From positions 1-43,660 of the forward strand of contig JAPWUQ010000003.1 of the NCBI GenBank assembly GCA_028275445.1: 43,660 bases of DNA. The letters run 5' to 3'. Positions 16,869 through 25,547 of the stretch are shown one piece after another. This stretch comes from Anaerolineae bacterium (lineage in GTDB: Bacteria; Chloroflexota; Anaerolineae; JACIWP01). The notes below the pieces were generated by a model. It did no database searches. It worked only from the letters and a program-made list of their open reading frames with translations, and was not told the origin of the DNA. Every line of letters begins with the position of its first letter. The first letter of the stretch is position 1. A program made the position numbers and the translations under genes.

Positions 16869-18113
16869 ATGGGACTTGCGCTTCGCCGACGCCTGACAAC
16901 CTGGCAGTTCTATCTCATCGCGGCATGGATCGCCCAGTTCTTCGCCATCGCCGGCTTCAGCGCCGTCTTCCCCTTCCTGCCCTTCTACATCCGTGAGCTG
17001 GGCGTCACCGACCCGGAACAAGTCACCCTGTGGGCCGGCATGCTCACCTCCTCCAGCGCCATCGCCATGGCCCTCATCGCGCCCTTCTGGGGCTGGATCG
17101 CCGACCGCCGCGGACGCAAGCTCATGGTAGTCCGTGCGACCTTCGGCGGCTCCATCGTCATGAGCGCCATGGCGCTGGTCGCCAACGTCCAACAGCTTTT
17201 TATACTGCGCCTGCTCCAGGGCCTGCTGACCGGCACCATCTCCGCCTTTATGGCGTTGGTCACCTCGTTCGTGCCGGAATCGGAGGCCGGCTTCGCCCTG
17301 GGCATGATGCAGATGGCGGTCTACGCCGGCAATACCCTCGGCCCGCTCATCGGCGGGCTGGCCGCCGACCATCTGGGATATCGCGGCACTTTTGTGCTGA
17401 CGGGCGCCTTCCTGTTCCTGGCCGGCGTCCTGACCGTGCTCGGCATCAAAGAGTCCACACGGCCGGGCCGGACCCCTTCTTCCCAGGGCACCCTCATCAG
17501 CCAGGCGTCCGCTATCATCCATCAGCCGCAAATTATGGCGGTTATGCTCATCATCGGCGGGTTCTATATCGCCAGCGCGGTCACCGTGCCCACCTTGCCC
17601 CTGTTCATCGAAAGCATGCTGGGTTCCGCCGCGCTGGTGAACACCAGCACCGGCACCATCTACGGATTGCGCGCGCTGACCAGCGCCCTGGCCGCCGGCT
17701 TCATCGGCCGGCTGGCAGACCGCCTGGGCTCCCGGCCGCTGATGATCATCAGCTTGGCCGGCGCCGCGGTTGCCCTGGCCGGCCATGCCCTGGCCCCCAA
17801 CTATGCTGTGCTGATCCTCTCCAGCCTGGCCGCCGGCATCTTCATCGGCGGACTGCTTCCCAGCGCCAATGCCATCCTGGCGCGCCTGTCATCCCCGGAC
17901 CAGCGCGGCATGGTCTTCGGCTTCAGCAGTTCCATCAACGCCTTCGGCAACGCCATTGGCCCCATGCTGGGCGCTTCGGTCGCCAGCGCGTGGGGACTGC
18001 GGGCCTCGTTCTGGCTGGCCGCCGGCCTGTTAGGAGCACTCTCGGCATGGGCCGGCGCCGTGGTCCGCCAGGTGGACCCTCCCCTATCGCGGCTCCTCCG
18101 GCGAACGCGCTAA
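16869..18113 (+). CDS. MFS transporter, DHA1/MdtG-like efflux family
   Basis: PFLPFYIRELG, motif A WGWIADRRGRK, LRLLQG, GPLIGG, about 12 TM; AAGGAG RBS; TATAAT at 16836. Confidence 0.92.
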   Translation: MGLALRRRLTTWQFYLIAAWIAQFFAIAGFSAVFPFLPFYIRELGVTDPEQVTLWAGMLTSSSAIAMALIAPFWGWIADRRGRKLMVVRATFGGSIVMSAMALVANVQQLFILRLLQGLLTGTISAFMALVTSFVPESEAGFALGMMQMAVYAGNTLGPLIGGLAADHLGYRGTFVLTGAFLFLAGVLTVLGIKESTRPGRTPSSQGTLISQASAIIHQPQIMAVMLIIGGFYIASAVTVPTLPLFIESMLGSAALVNTSTGTIYGLRALTSALAAGFIGRLADRLGSRPLMIISLAGAAVALAGHALAPNYAVLILSSLAAGIFIGGLLPSANAILARLSSPDQRGMVFGFSSSINAFGNAIGPMLGASVASAWGLRASFWLAAGLLGALSAWAGAVVRQVDPPLSRLLRRTR

Positions 18114-18398
18114 CAGCCCCACCAGCCCGCCCAGCGCCGTGGAACCCAGCGCAATAAGGCTGTCGGGCGCCGGTTTGCCGGCGGCCGCCAGGGCAATCCC
18201 CCCGATGATGGCCGCCAGCACCACCACACCCAACGTGGCGATGACCCCAACGTAGATCCACCCCAACATCTGCGGCGGGACATCCTCCAGCCCCCGAAGC
18301 ACTGCCTCAGGGTTCTGCATCAGGCGCTCCCGGAACTCCTGGTCCTCCTGCACCTTGGACAGCAAATCCTTTACCGTGCGCACCCGCTCCCCGTTCAT
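18084..18398 (-). CDS. Small membrane protein (helical N-terminus plus two TM helices)
   Basis: GGAGG RBS, upstream TGcTATAAT; hydrophobic WIYVGVIATLGVVVLAAIIGGIALAA and LIALGSTALGGLVGLLA. Confidence 0.75.
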   Translation of the reverse strand: MNGERVRTVKDLLSKVQEDQEFRERLMQNPEAVLRGLEDVPPQMLGWIYVGVIATLGVVVLAAIIGGIALAAAGKPAPDSLIALGSTALGGLVGLLARSPEEPR

Positions 18399-18546
18399 GC
18401 CCCAAACCTCCTGTTCAACCTCGATGGGACAAGACCTGACCGTCTCCGTCTATTATAGCAGAATTCCTATCGGCGCGCCCCGCCGCGTTTCAGGCGGCGT
18501 TCATCTCGGGAGAAACTGGCGCCAGGAACCTGAACCCCGCCGCCTT

Positions 18547-18575
18547 TTGACAAGCCCCGTCCTTTGCAGTAGACT
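18547..18575 (+). promoter_or_regulatory. sigma70-type promoter of the DUF72 gene
   Basis: TTGACA-17 bp-TAGACT. Confidence 0.6.
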
Positions 18576-18606
18576 CTTCGGTGCATGCAGGGAAAGGGGT
18601 GGCATC

Positions 18607-19521
18607 ATGCCCGGACGCATCCGCGTGGGCTTAAGTTCCTGGACCGATAAGAGCCTCATCGAGAGCGGGGAATTTTACCCGCCGCATGTGCGGGATGCCG
18701 CCGGCCGGCTGAGCTACTATGTCCAGCACTTCCCCGACCTGGTGGAGGTGAACAGCACCTATTACGGCCTGCCGTCGGAGCGCTCGGCCCTGCTCTGGCA
18801 TCAGCGCACGCCGGCCGATTTCGTCTTCGACATCAAAATCTTCAGCCTCTTCACCTTCCACCCCACCCCGCCGGCCAGCCTGCCCAAAGACCTCCGGCAG
18901 GAGCTTCCTGCCGAGCTTCTCGAAAAAGAAATGCTCTACTTCGACCAGGTGCCGGCGGAAATCGCCGAGGAAACCCTGCGCCGCTTCCTCGGGGGCCTGC
19001 GCCCCCTGCAGAGCGCCGGCAAGGTGGGCGCCATTCTCGTCCAGTTTCCCCACTGGTTCTACCCCAAACCCGAGAGCTTCGACCACATCCTCTGGCTGGC
19101 AGAACGGCTACAGCCTCTCCAGGTGGCGGTGGAGTTCCGCCAGCGCGCCTGGCTGGATGCTTCCCATCGCGCCGGCGTGCTCCAGTTCCTGACCGAGCAC
19201 TCCCTCACCTATGTCTGCGTGGACGAGCCGGCCGGCCTGCGCTCCAGCGTGCCCCCGCTGGCATTCGCCACCAACCCGCGGCTGTCCTATGTGCGCTTCC
19301 ACGGCCGGCGCGCCGAGACCTGGGAGCAGAGCGGCGTCAGCGTGCATGAGCGCACCCAATACCTTTATAAGCCGGAAGAGCTTCAGGAATGGGTGCCGAA
19401 GATCCGCCGGCTGGCCGAAGAGACCCAGGAAGTGCACGTGCTCATGAACACCAACTACCGCGACTATGCGGTGCGCAATGCCAAACAGCTCATGCTCCTG
19501 CTGGAACAGCACCGCGAATGA
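18607..19521 (+). CDS. DUF72 (UPF0759/YecE) family protein
   Basis: IRVG.SSW, VEVNSTYY..P, LVQFP.WF, AVEFR, VCVDEP, YVRFHGR, YLY..EEL.EW. Confidence 0.92.
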   Translation: MPGRIRVGLSSWTDKSLIESGEFYPPHVRDAAGRLSYYVQHFPDLVEVNSTYYGLPSERSALLWHQRTPADFVFDIKIFSLFTFHPTPPASLPKDLRQELPAELLEKEMLYFDQVPAEIAEETLRRFLGGLRPLQSAGKVGAILVQFPHWFYPKPESFDHILWLAERLQPLQVAVEFRQRAWLDASHRAGVLQFLTEHSLTYVCVDEPAGLRSSVPPLAFATNPRLSYVRFHGRRAETWEQSGVSVHERTQYLYKPEELQEWVPKIRRLAEETQEVHVLMNTNYRDYAVRNAKQLMLLLEQHRE

Positions 19522-19542
19522 CCGGTTCGCCGGAGGTGCGCT

Positions 19543-19941
19543 ATGCGAGGCATATGGTGGATGGTGCTGATTGGGCTACTGCTGTGGTCGCTGGCCGGCT
19601 GTACGGGGACGCCAGCCGCCTCCCCCGTGACGGCGAAGCAGATACTGGCATCGGCGGCGCGCTACCAGGACCAGCTCATCACCCTGCGCGGCTACGGCCT
19701 CATCACGGCCACCCTCCCCCTGTGTAAGGGCTACATCGGCCTGGATACCCGCACCCAATTTGTGGACGCCGAGAATAACCTCATCACCGCAGTGGACCAG
19801 GTCGGCTCGGGAAAGGCCATTAAAGGAGACGCACTGCGGACATTCCACGCCTATGTGCGCGTTTTCGACGGGGAGCTTGGGTGTCCTGGCCAGACCCGCC
19901 GCGAGCGCATCGTCTATCTGGAAATCGTCGGCGTGGAATAG
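19543..19941 (+). CDS. Lipoprotein of unknown function (possible OB-fold)
   Basis: Signal peptide with lipobox LAGC; GGAGG RBS. Confidence 0.75.
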   Translation: MRGIWWMVLIGLLLWSLAGCTGTPAASPVTAKQILASAARYQDQLITLRGYGLITATLPLCKGYIGLDTRTQFVDAENNLITAVDQVGSGKAIKGDALRTFHAYVRVFDGELGCPGQTRRERIVYLEIVGVE

Positions 19942-19971
19942 ACCGCCATCCCCACATGCGGGAGCACCGTT

Positions 19972-21174
19972 ATGTCTACTTCGAAGCCGCTGACCGAACG
20001 CCGGCGCGTCCTGCAGGTGTTACAGCGTCAACCGACTGACCTCCTGCCCTGGCTGGTGGACCTGGAGACATGGTACACCGCCCGCCGGCGCACCAACACC
20101 CTGCCCCGCCCGCTGGCCGACCTGGAGCTGAACGAGATCCACCGCCTGCTGGCCGCCGGCCGGCTGGCGGCGGCTCCCGTCACCCGGTTTCGGCTCCATG
20201 GGGTGGAGGTGCACATCACGCACAACGAACAGACGATCTTCCGGGACTCGGAGCCGGCCCTGCCGTTCCCCCTCCCTATCACGCTGTTGCCATCCGACCG
20301 GCCGGGGCAGAGCATCATCACGTATAAGACGCCGGCCGGCAGGGCGGAGATCGTCTGCCAGATGGACGAAGCCCAGGCACGCGCCGCGGCCGGCCCCACC
20401 CTCCTCCGCCGCATCCTCGAGTACGATGAGGATCTCCCCGTCGTCAAATGGATATTGAATCACGCCGAGGCAGTGCCGGATTTCGAGAGGTTCCGCCAGA
20501 ACGAGGAAGCCGTTGGGGAAAATGGGTTTACCATCCCCCTGCTCGGCCGCATCCCCTTCCAGCAGTTACTGCTGGATTACATGCCGCCGGCGCGCGCCGA
20601 CCAGGCGGCCCGGGATGAGGAACGGGCCTTCCTCTACCTTCTCGATGCCCTGCGCGAGCACAGCCGGCACATCGTCGAGCTGGCCCTGGATTTGCCGGAC
20701 GCTCCCCTGCTGGCCTTCGACGACCATCTGGACGGCGCCCTGACCAAGCCGGCCCTCTTCCAGCGCTACTGCATGCCCTTCCTGCAGGAGATATCCGCCC
20801 GCCTGCATCTGGCCGGCCGGCGGTTGGGCAGTGCCATGGACGGCAATCTGAAGCCCCTCCTCCCACTTATCCCCCAGGCCGGCGTGGACGTGGTGCTGTC
20901 CTTCATGCCGGCCCCATCCAGCCCGCTCCCCTTCGCAGAGGCCTGGCATGCCTGGCACGAGGAGCTGATCATCTGGGGCGGCATCCCGCCGGCACTGCTG
21001 GAAGCGGGATTCCCGGAGGATGACTTCTACACCTGGATGGAGGACATGCTGACCTGCATCGAGCGGGAAGGGGGATTCATCATCCTGGGGGTCGGCGGGC
21101 AGATAAGCGGTTCCGCCGATATTCAGCGCCTGGCGCGCATCAGCGAGCGGCTGGGCCGCCGGCCGGAGCTATAA
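19972..21174 (+). CDS. Uroporphyrinogen decarboxylase-like (URO-D/MtaA-CmuA superfamily) protein
   Basis: R..Y.TP.G, F.RYCMPF, MDGNLK.LL, IIWGGIP..LL, FIILG.G TIM-barrel pattern. Confidence 0.72.
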   Translation: MSTSKPLTERRRVLQVLQRQPTDLLPWLVDLETWYTARRRTNTLPRPLADLELNEIHRLLAAGRLAAAPVTRFRLHGVEVHITHNEQTIFRDSEPALPFPLPITLLPSDRPGQSIITYKTPAGRAEIVCQMDEAQARAAAGPTLLRRILEYDEDLPVVKWILNHAEAVPDFERFRQNEEAVGENGFTIPLLGRIPFQQLLLDYMPPARADQAARDEERAFLYLLDALREHSRHIVELALDLPDAPLLAFDDHLDGALTKPALFQRYCMPFLQEISARLHLAGRRLGSAMDGNLKPLLPLIPQAGVDVVLSFMPAPSSPLPFAEAWHAWHEELIIWGGIPPALLEAGFPEDDFYTWMEDMLTCIEREGGFIILGVGGQISGSADIQRLARISERLGRRPEL

Positions 21175-21936
21175 CCCCCGCGCCAGCAGTACCACCAGGA
21201 GAACCACTGTACCGCCGGCCAATGCCAGGGCATCGGCACGGCGCATGCGGAGCTGGCGCCGGCTGGTGCGCCGGCTGGCCGCGCCGTAGCCCCGCGCCGC
21301 CAGCGCCATGGCGAGATGATCCACCGTCCGCAGAGCCGTGATGATAAGGGGGATCAGCACGGGGAGATAAGCACGCGCCGCCCGCAGGGGATTGCGCGGG
21401 ATGACCAGTCCGCGCGATTCCTGGGCCTCCATAATCTCACCGAAAATGCGCCCAAAGGTCGGGACAAACTGCATGGACATCGCCAGGGTCAGGCTGGCAG
21501 AATGCGGCAGGCCCAGCCGCGTCAGGCCGGCCACCAGCTCCCCCTGCTCCGTCGTCCACAGCAGGAGCGAAAAGGCGAAGGCCAGCGCATCCACGCGCAG
21601 GGCCATCGTCACGGCCTGCAGGACGCTGGCCGGCCCCACCGAGACCTGCCCCCACCGCCACCATACAGACGCCGCGCCGGCGCCCCAGGTAAAACTGCCC
21701 AATACCAGGATAACCAGGGTGATCGGCCACAGCGGCCGCCAAGCCGCCAGCAAACGCGCCGGCGGCACCCGGCTGGAGAGCGGCAGGATATGGAGCAGTG
21801 CCAGCAGTGCAAACATCGCCAGAGGATTTCGGATGAGCGCGGCCGCGACCACGAACAGCAGGGTCAGGCCGAACTTGGTGCGCGGGTCGAAACGGTGGTA
21901 CCAGGCATCTGCGCGGACATACAGGTCCAGCATCAT
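21169..21936 (-). CDS. ecfT: ECF transporter transmembrane T component
   Basis: DPRTK, FVP, AQESRG and ALAARGY (two XRX motifs). Confidence 0.92.
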   Translation of the reverse strand: MMLDLYVRADAWYHRFDPRTKFGLTLLFVVAAALIRNPLAMFALLALLHILPLSSRVPPARLLAAWRPLWPITLVILVLGSFTWGAGAASVWWRWGQVSVGPASVLQAVTMALRVDALAFAFSLLLWTTEQGELVAGLTRLGLPHSASLTLAMSMQFVPTFGRIFGEIMEAQESRGLVIPRNPLRAARAYLPVLIPLIITALRTVDHLAMALAARGYGAASRRTSRRQLRMRRADALALAGGTVVLLVVLLARGL

Positions 21937-22787
21937 TGCCCGACCTCCCCTCCGCCGGCCGCCGCCCTCACATACGCTTCGGCGAACTCCTCCGGCAGGA
22001 GCAGGTCCGCCGGCAGGCCGGCCAGGCCGGCTTCTCGCAGTGCATGCGCGGTGTGGGTCACCGGCAGGGGCTCCAGGCCGGCCTTGCGCAGAAGGGCCGC
22101 GTCGCCCAGCACGGCGCGCGCCGGCCCATCCGCCGCGATCTCGCCGGCCTGCATCAGCACGGCGCGGCCGGCGTACTGCGCCGCCAGCTCCAGATCATGG
22201 GTGATGAGCACCACCGCCGTGCCCTGGCGGTGCCTCTGCGCAACCACCTCGAGGAAATCCCGGGCACTGCCGGCATCCAGCCCGTTGGTCGGCTCGTCCA
22301 GGATGAGCAGGGCCGGCTCCTGCGCCAGCACGGCCGCCAGGGCCACCTTACGGCGCAGGCCGTAGCCTAACGCCGCTGGCGGTACATCGGCCGCATCCCG
22401 CAGTCCCAGTGCCTCCAGCGCGGCATTCACGCGCCTCTCCAGCTCCGCCCCCGAGACCCCCTGGAGCCGCGGGGCAAAAGCCACCTCCTCCCACACGCTG
22501 GCGGAAAAGATAATGCGGTCCGGATGCTGGGGGAGATAGGCGATCAGGCGCGCCCATTCCCCCACCTGCCGGCGGCGCGTGTCCACCCCCTCCACCAGCA
22601 CGCGCCCGCGCCAGGGCTTCAGCAGGCCGTTGAAATGCTTCACCAGGGTGCTCTTGCCGGAGCCGTTGCATCCCAGGACGGCCACCCATTCCCCGCGCCT
22701 GATCTCCAGCGAGACGCCGCGCAGGGCCGGCGGCCCGTCATCGTAGCGGAACCACAGCTCCTGGACGGAAACCAGCGGGGGCGTCAT
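21933..22787 (-). CDS. ecfA2: ECF transporter ATPase (A')
   Basis: GCNGSGKST, NGLLKP, LILDEPTNGLD, ITHD; ATGA overlap with the upstream ATPase. Confidence 0.9.
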   Translation of the reverse strand: MTPPLVSVQELWFRYDDGPPALRGVSLEIRRGEWVAVLGCNGSGKSTLVKHFNGLLKPWRGRVLVEGVDTRRRQVGEWARLIAYLPQHPDRIIFSASVWEEVAFAPRLQGVSGAELERRVNAALEALGLRDAADVPPAALGYGLRRKVALAAVLAQEPALLILDEPTNGLDAGSARDFLEVVAQRHRQGTAVVLITHDLELAAQYAGRAVLMQAGEIAADGPARAVLGDAALLRKAGLEPLPVTHTAHALREAGLAGLPADLLLPEEFAEAYVRAAAGGGEVGQ

Positions 22788-23686
22788 GGGCAAGCTCCAG
22801 CATGCGGGAGGGGACTGGAAGGAGCCTGCGACGGCATCGGGGCTAATGCCTGGATGGCCTCTTCCGGCGTGAGGAAGTCCCACCGCCGGCCCAGGCGCTC
22901 GTTCAACAGGCGCGCCGCACGCGCCATCTGGGGGACATACACCATGGAACGCTGGCCGGCCGCCAGGCGCCCATATACCTCGCGCGGCGTGCCGTCATCC
23001 ACGATTCGGCCTTCATCCAAGAGGATCACCCGGTCGGCGAAGCGGGCGGCCATCTCCGCATCCTGCGTCGCCATGATGACGGTAGCAGTGCGTTCCTTCG
23101 CCAGCCGGCTGATAACCTGCATGACCTCCTGCCGGCCCCGGGGGTCGAGGCCGGCAGTCGGTTCGTCCAGCACCAGGATATTGGGCGCCATCGCCAGGAC
23201 GGTGGCGATCGCCAGGCGCTTCTGCTCCCCACCGGAAAGCCCCCGCGGATTGCGCCGGCGCATGCCCTGCAGTCCCACTGCCTCCAGCGCCCAGTCAATG
23301 CGTTCCTCGATGGCCGGCGGCTCCCAGCCCAGCTCTTCCAGCCCGAAGGCGATCTCATCTTCCACGCTGGAGTTGAAGAGCTGGACCTCGGCCTCTTCGA
23401 ACACCATACCGACATGGCGCGCCAGTTCCGCCACACTGCGTTCGCTGGTGCGCATGCCCATGACTTCCACCGCGCCGGCGAATTCCCCGCCGGTCATGCT
23501 GGGGACGATGCCGTTCAGGCACAGGCAGAGCGTGGTCTTGCCGGCGCCCACCGCTCCGATGAGCGCGACGAACGAGCCGCTCTCGATCTCCAGGGAAACA
23601 TGCTGGAGGGCCGGCACCGGCCCATGTCCGGGCAGGGGCGAGGGGTAGGCGAAAGAGACATCAGTGATGCGAACGATGCTCGACAC
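22784..23686 (-). CDS. ecfA1: ECF transporter ATPase (A)
   Basis: GAVGAGKTT, VEDEIAFGLE, LSGGEQKRLAIA, LDEPTAGLDP; GTG start at 23686. Confidence 0.9.
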   Translation of the reverse strand: MSSIVRITDVSFAYPSPLPGHGPVPALQHVSLEIESGSFVALIGAVGAGKTTLCLCLNGIVPSMTGGEFAGAVEVMGMRTSERSVAELARHVGMVFEEAEVQLFNSSVEDEIAFGLEELGWEPPAIEERIDWALEAVGLQGMRRRNPRGLSGGEQKRLAIATVLAMAPNILVLDEPTAGLDPRGRQEVMQVISRLAKERTATVIMATQDAEMAARFADRVILLDEGRIVDDGTPREVYGRLAAGQRSMVYVPQMARAARLLNERLGRRWDFLTPEEAIQALAPMPSQAPSSPLPHAGACP

Positions 23687-24203
23687 GGCCCCTTCCGTAT
23701 TCCAGAACCGCCGGATAAGCCCGCGCGACCAGATACAGCAGGGGCATGCCCAGCAGGCCAAAGGCGCCCTGGACCGAGTTGCCGGGCAGTTCGGTCAGCG
23801 CCGGCCCCAGCCCGTACAGCGGGATCTCGACGAGGAAGTAGCCCAGCACAACCACTACCTCTCCCAGGAAAGCGCCTAACAGCATGGCGCCGGGGCGGTG
23901 CCGGCCCAGCCGGGCGACATAGCCGGCGAGAAAGCCCTGCAGGCCGTGGATAATCAGGGTCAGCGGTGCCCAGTGCGGGTATCCGCCGACCAGGTCAGCC
24001 AGAGCGGTCCCGCCGCCGGCGATGACAAACCCCAGCCAGGGACCGAACGCCAGCGCCGAAAAGGTTGCCGCCACATCCCCCAGGTGTATATAGCCCCGCG
24101 TGGGAGCCATGGGGATGCGCACCAGCAGTGTGAAGACGCAGGTCACGGCCACCATCACCGCCACGAGGGCGATCAGACGCACATCGGTTTTGCGCGACAC
24201 CAT
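23661..24203 (-). CDS. ECF transporter S component (HmpT/PdxU2-like; vitamin or precursor substrate inferred)
   Basis: GYIHLGD, FGP, ALADLVGGY..WAP.T.IIHG; about 6 TM; AAGGAGG RBS. Confidence 0.88.
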   Translation of the reverse strand: MVSRKTDVRLIALVAVMVAVTCVFTLLVRIPMAPTRGYIHLGDVAATFSALAFGPWLGFVIAGGGTALADLVGGYPHWAPLTLIIHGLQGFLAGYVARLGRHRPGAMLLGAFLGEVVVVLGYFLVEIPLYGLGPALTELPGNSVQGAFGLLGMPLLYLVARAYPAVLEYGRGRVEHRSHH

Positions 24204-24265
24204 CGCGGTCTCCTCCTTCTTCGTAAATATCGTAATCGGGCCTTACCCTCCCGCCGGCGCCGAAC

Positions 24266-24330
24266 AGTATACACCTGGCCCTCAGGGCGTCAAATACTGC
24301 AGATCATATTTTGGTCTGACCATCAGTCAA
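24266..24330 (-). promoter_or_regulatory. Tandem promoters of the ECF operon with a FadR/GntR-type operator TGGTCTGACCA
   Basis: TTGACT-16-TATGAT and TTGACG-16-TATACT on the minus strand; palindrome TGGTCTGACCA at 24312-24322 lies in the distal spacer. Confidence 0.6.
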
Positions 24331-24364
24331 GTTTGCGGCTATTATATTCCCGGCGGCGTGAAAG

Positions 24365-25507
24365 TCAAATTTCCAGGGGCTCGCCCACACACAAGGTCGA
24401 GCAGTGATGCAGGACCTTCCACCCCTGCGCCGCCAGCGCCGGCTGGGGCATGGAAGCCTCATCCGGTTTGTCCGACAGGCCGAAGATGAGAGCGCCCTGC
24501 CGGCGCAGATAGAGGGCGGCCTGGCGCACCTCCTGGGTGATCAGGATGCGCTCCTGCAGGAGCTTCTCCAGGGGGATGCCCTCCGCCGGCGAGGGATCAT
24601 AGCGCGCCGCAGTCAGCTCGTACTCGCGATAGCGGAAGGCCTTGAACGGGGTGGGATCGCCGGCATCCCAGGCCGACAGCACCTCCTGATGCAGGTCCAG
24701 CAGGCCGGCGGCCTTCAGCTCCTCGCGCCGGCCGTCCACCAGATGGATGAAGGCATCGAACGATGGGATGCGCCCGGACTGATAGCCTTCCAGCACCTCC
24801 TCCAGCGTATACAGCCCGGCCCCGATGACGAGGCACAGGTAGGCCAGCAAATCCTGGTTATCCTGGGTGAACGGATGATAGACCTGCTGGTTCAAGGTGT
24901 CGTAGGCGCGCTGGAAGGCCGCATGGTCGAACTGTTCGCCCAGCGCCGAGGCCACGGTATCCTTCACCGCCTGCACCCGCACCAGGTCGATAATTTTGTC
25001 GTTGCGGCCGCGCGCCCCCACCAGCGTCTTATCCATGTCAATCACCACCGCCAGGTGCTCGTCGAACGCGAAGCCCTGCCGGCGGGCATATTCCAGGAAC
25101 TCCGCCAGGCCGGCCCAGCGGTTGGACAAGAAGACGCGCCCCTCGACGCGCCACTGCGGCGGCTCTGCCGGCCTGTCCGCGCCGATAAAGGCCAGCCCCT
25201 CCCAGCCGCCGGCGGCACATAGGTTGGCGAAGGCGTTGCCGTCGTTCATGTAAGTGTCGCCCAGGAACATCAGGCGCTTCAGCCGCGTCTGCGGCGCATC
25301 CAGCCGGCGTGCCGCCTCCAGGACCCGCGCCACCACCAGCGCATACTCCGGCTCCGCCTTGCGCGGGATGCGGTAGGCCGGCCAGCCCAATTCCTTCCAC
25401 AACTGCTCCAGCCCCGGCAGTCGGGGGTCAGACGGCTCCAGCCGGCGGTACACGATGAAATCGCCGAACAATTCTGCCATGCTGGCAGATCCGAAGATGT
25501 GCAGCAT
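24365..25507 (-). CDS. HAD-superfamily hydrolase-like protein, apparently circularly permuted
   Basis: Motifs in the order RKAEPEY (III), FLGDTYMND (IV), VIDMDKTL (I), helical cap, GLSDK (II); GGAGG RBS before ATG 25507. Confidence 0.7.
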   Translation of the reverse strand: MLHIFGSASMAELFGDFIVYRRLEPSDPRLPGLEQLWKELGWPAYRIPRKAEPEYALVVARVLEAARRLDAPQTRLKRLMFLGDTYMNDGNAFANLCAAGGWEGLAFIGADRPAEPPQWRVEGRVFLSNRWAGLAEFLEYARRQGFAFDEHLAVVIDMDKTLVGARGRNDKIIDLVRVQAVKDTVASALGEQFDHAAFQRAYDTLNQQVYHPFTQDNQDLLAYLCLVIGAGLYTLEEVLEGYQSGRIPSFDAFIHLVDGRREELKAAGLLDLHQEVLSAWDAGDPTPFKAFRYREYELTAARYDPSPAEGIPLEKLLQERILITQEVRQAALYLRRQGALIFGLSDKPDEASMPQPALAAQGWKVLHHCSTLCVGEPLEI

Positions 25508-25547
25508 AGTGTCCTCCATGGTGAGCATATCGCAAGCAGAGATTATG

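Noticed and set aside
24204-24364. Riboswitch upstream of the ECF S component
   Set aside because: No TPP, FMN, cobalamin or preQ1 consensus seen; the space is taken by two promoter-like elements and an operator-like palindrome.
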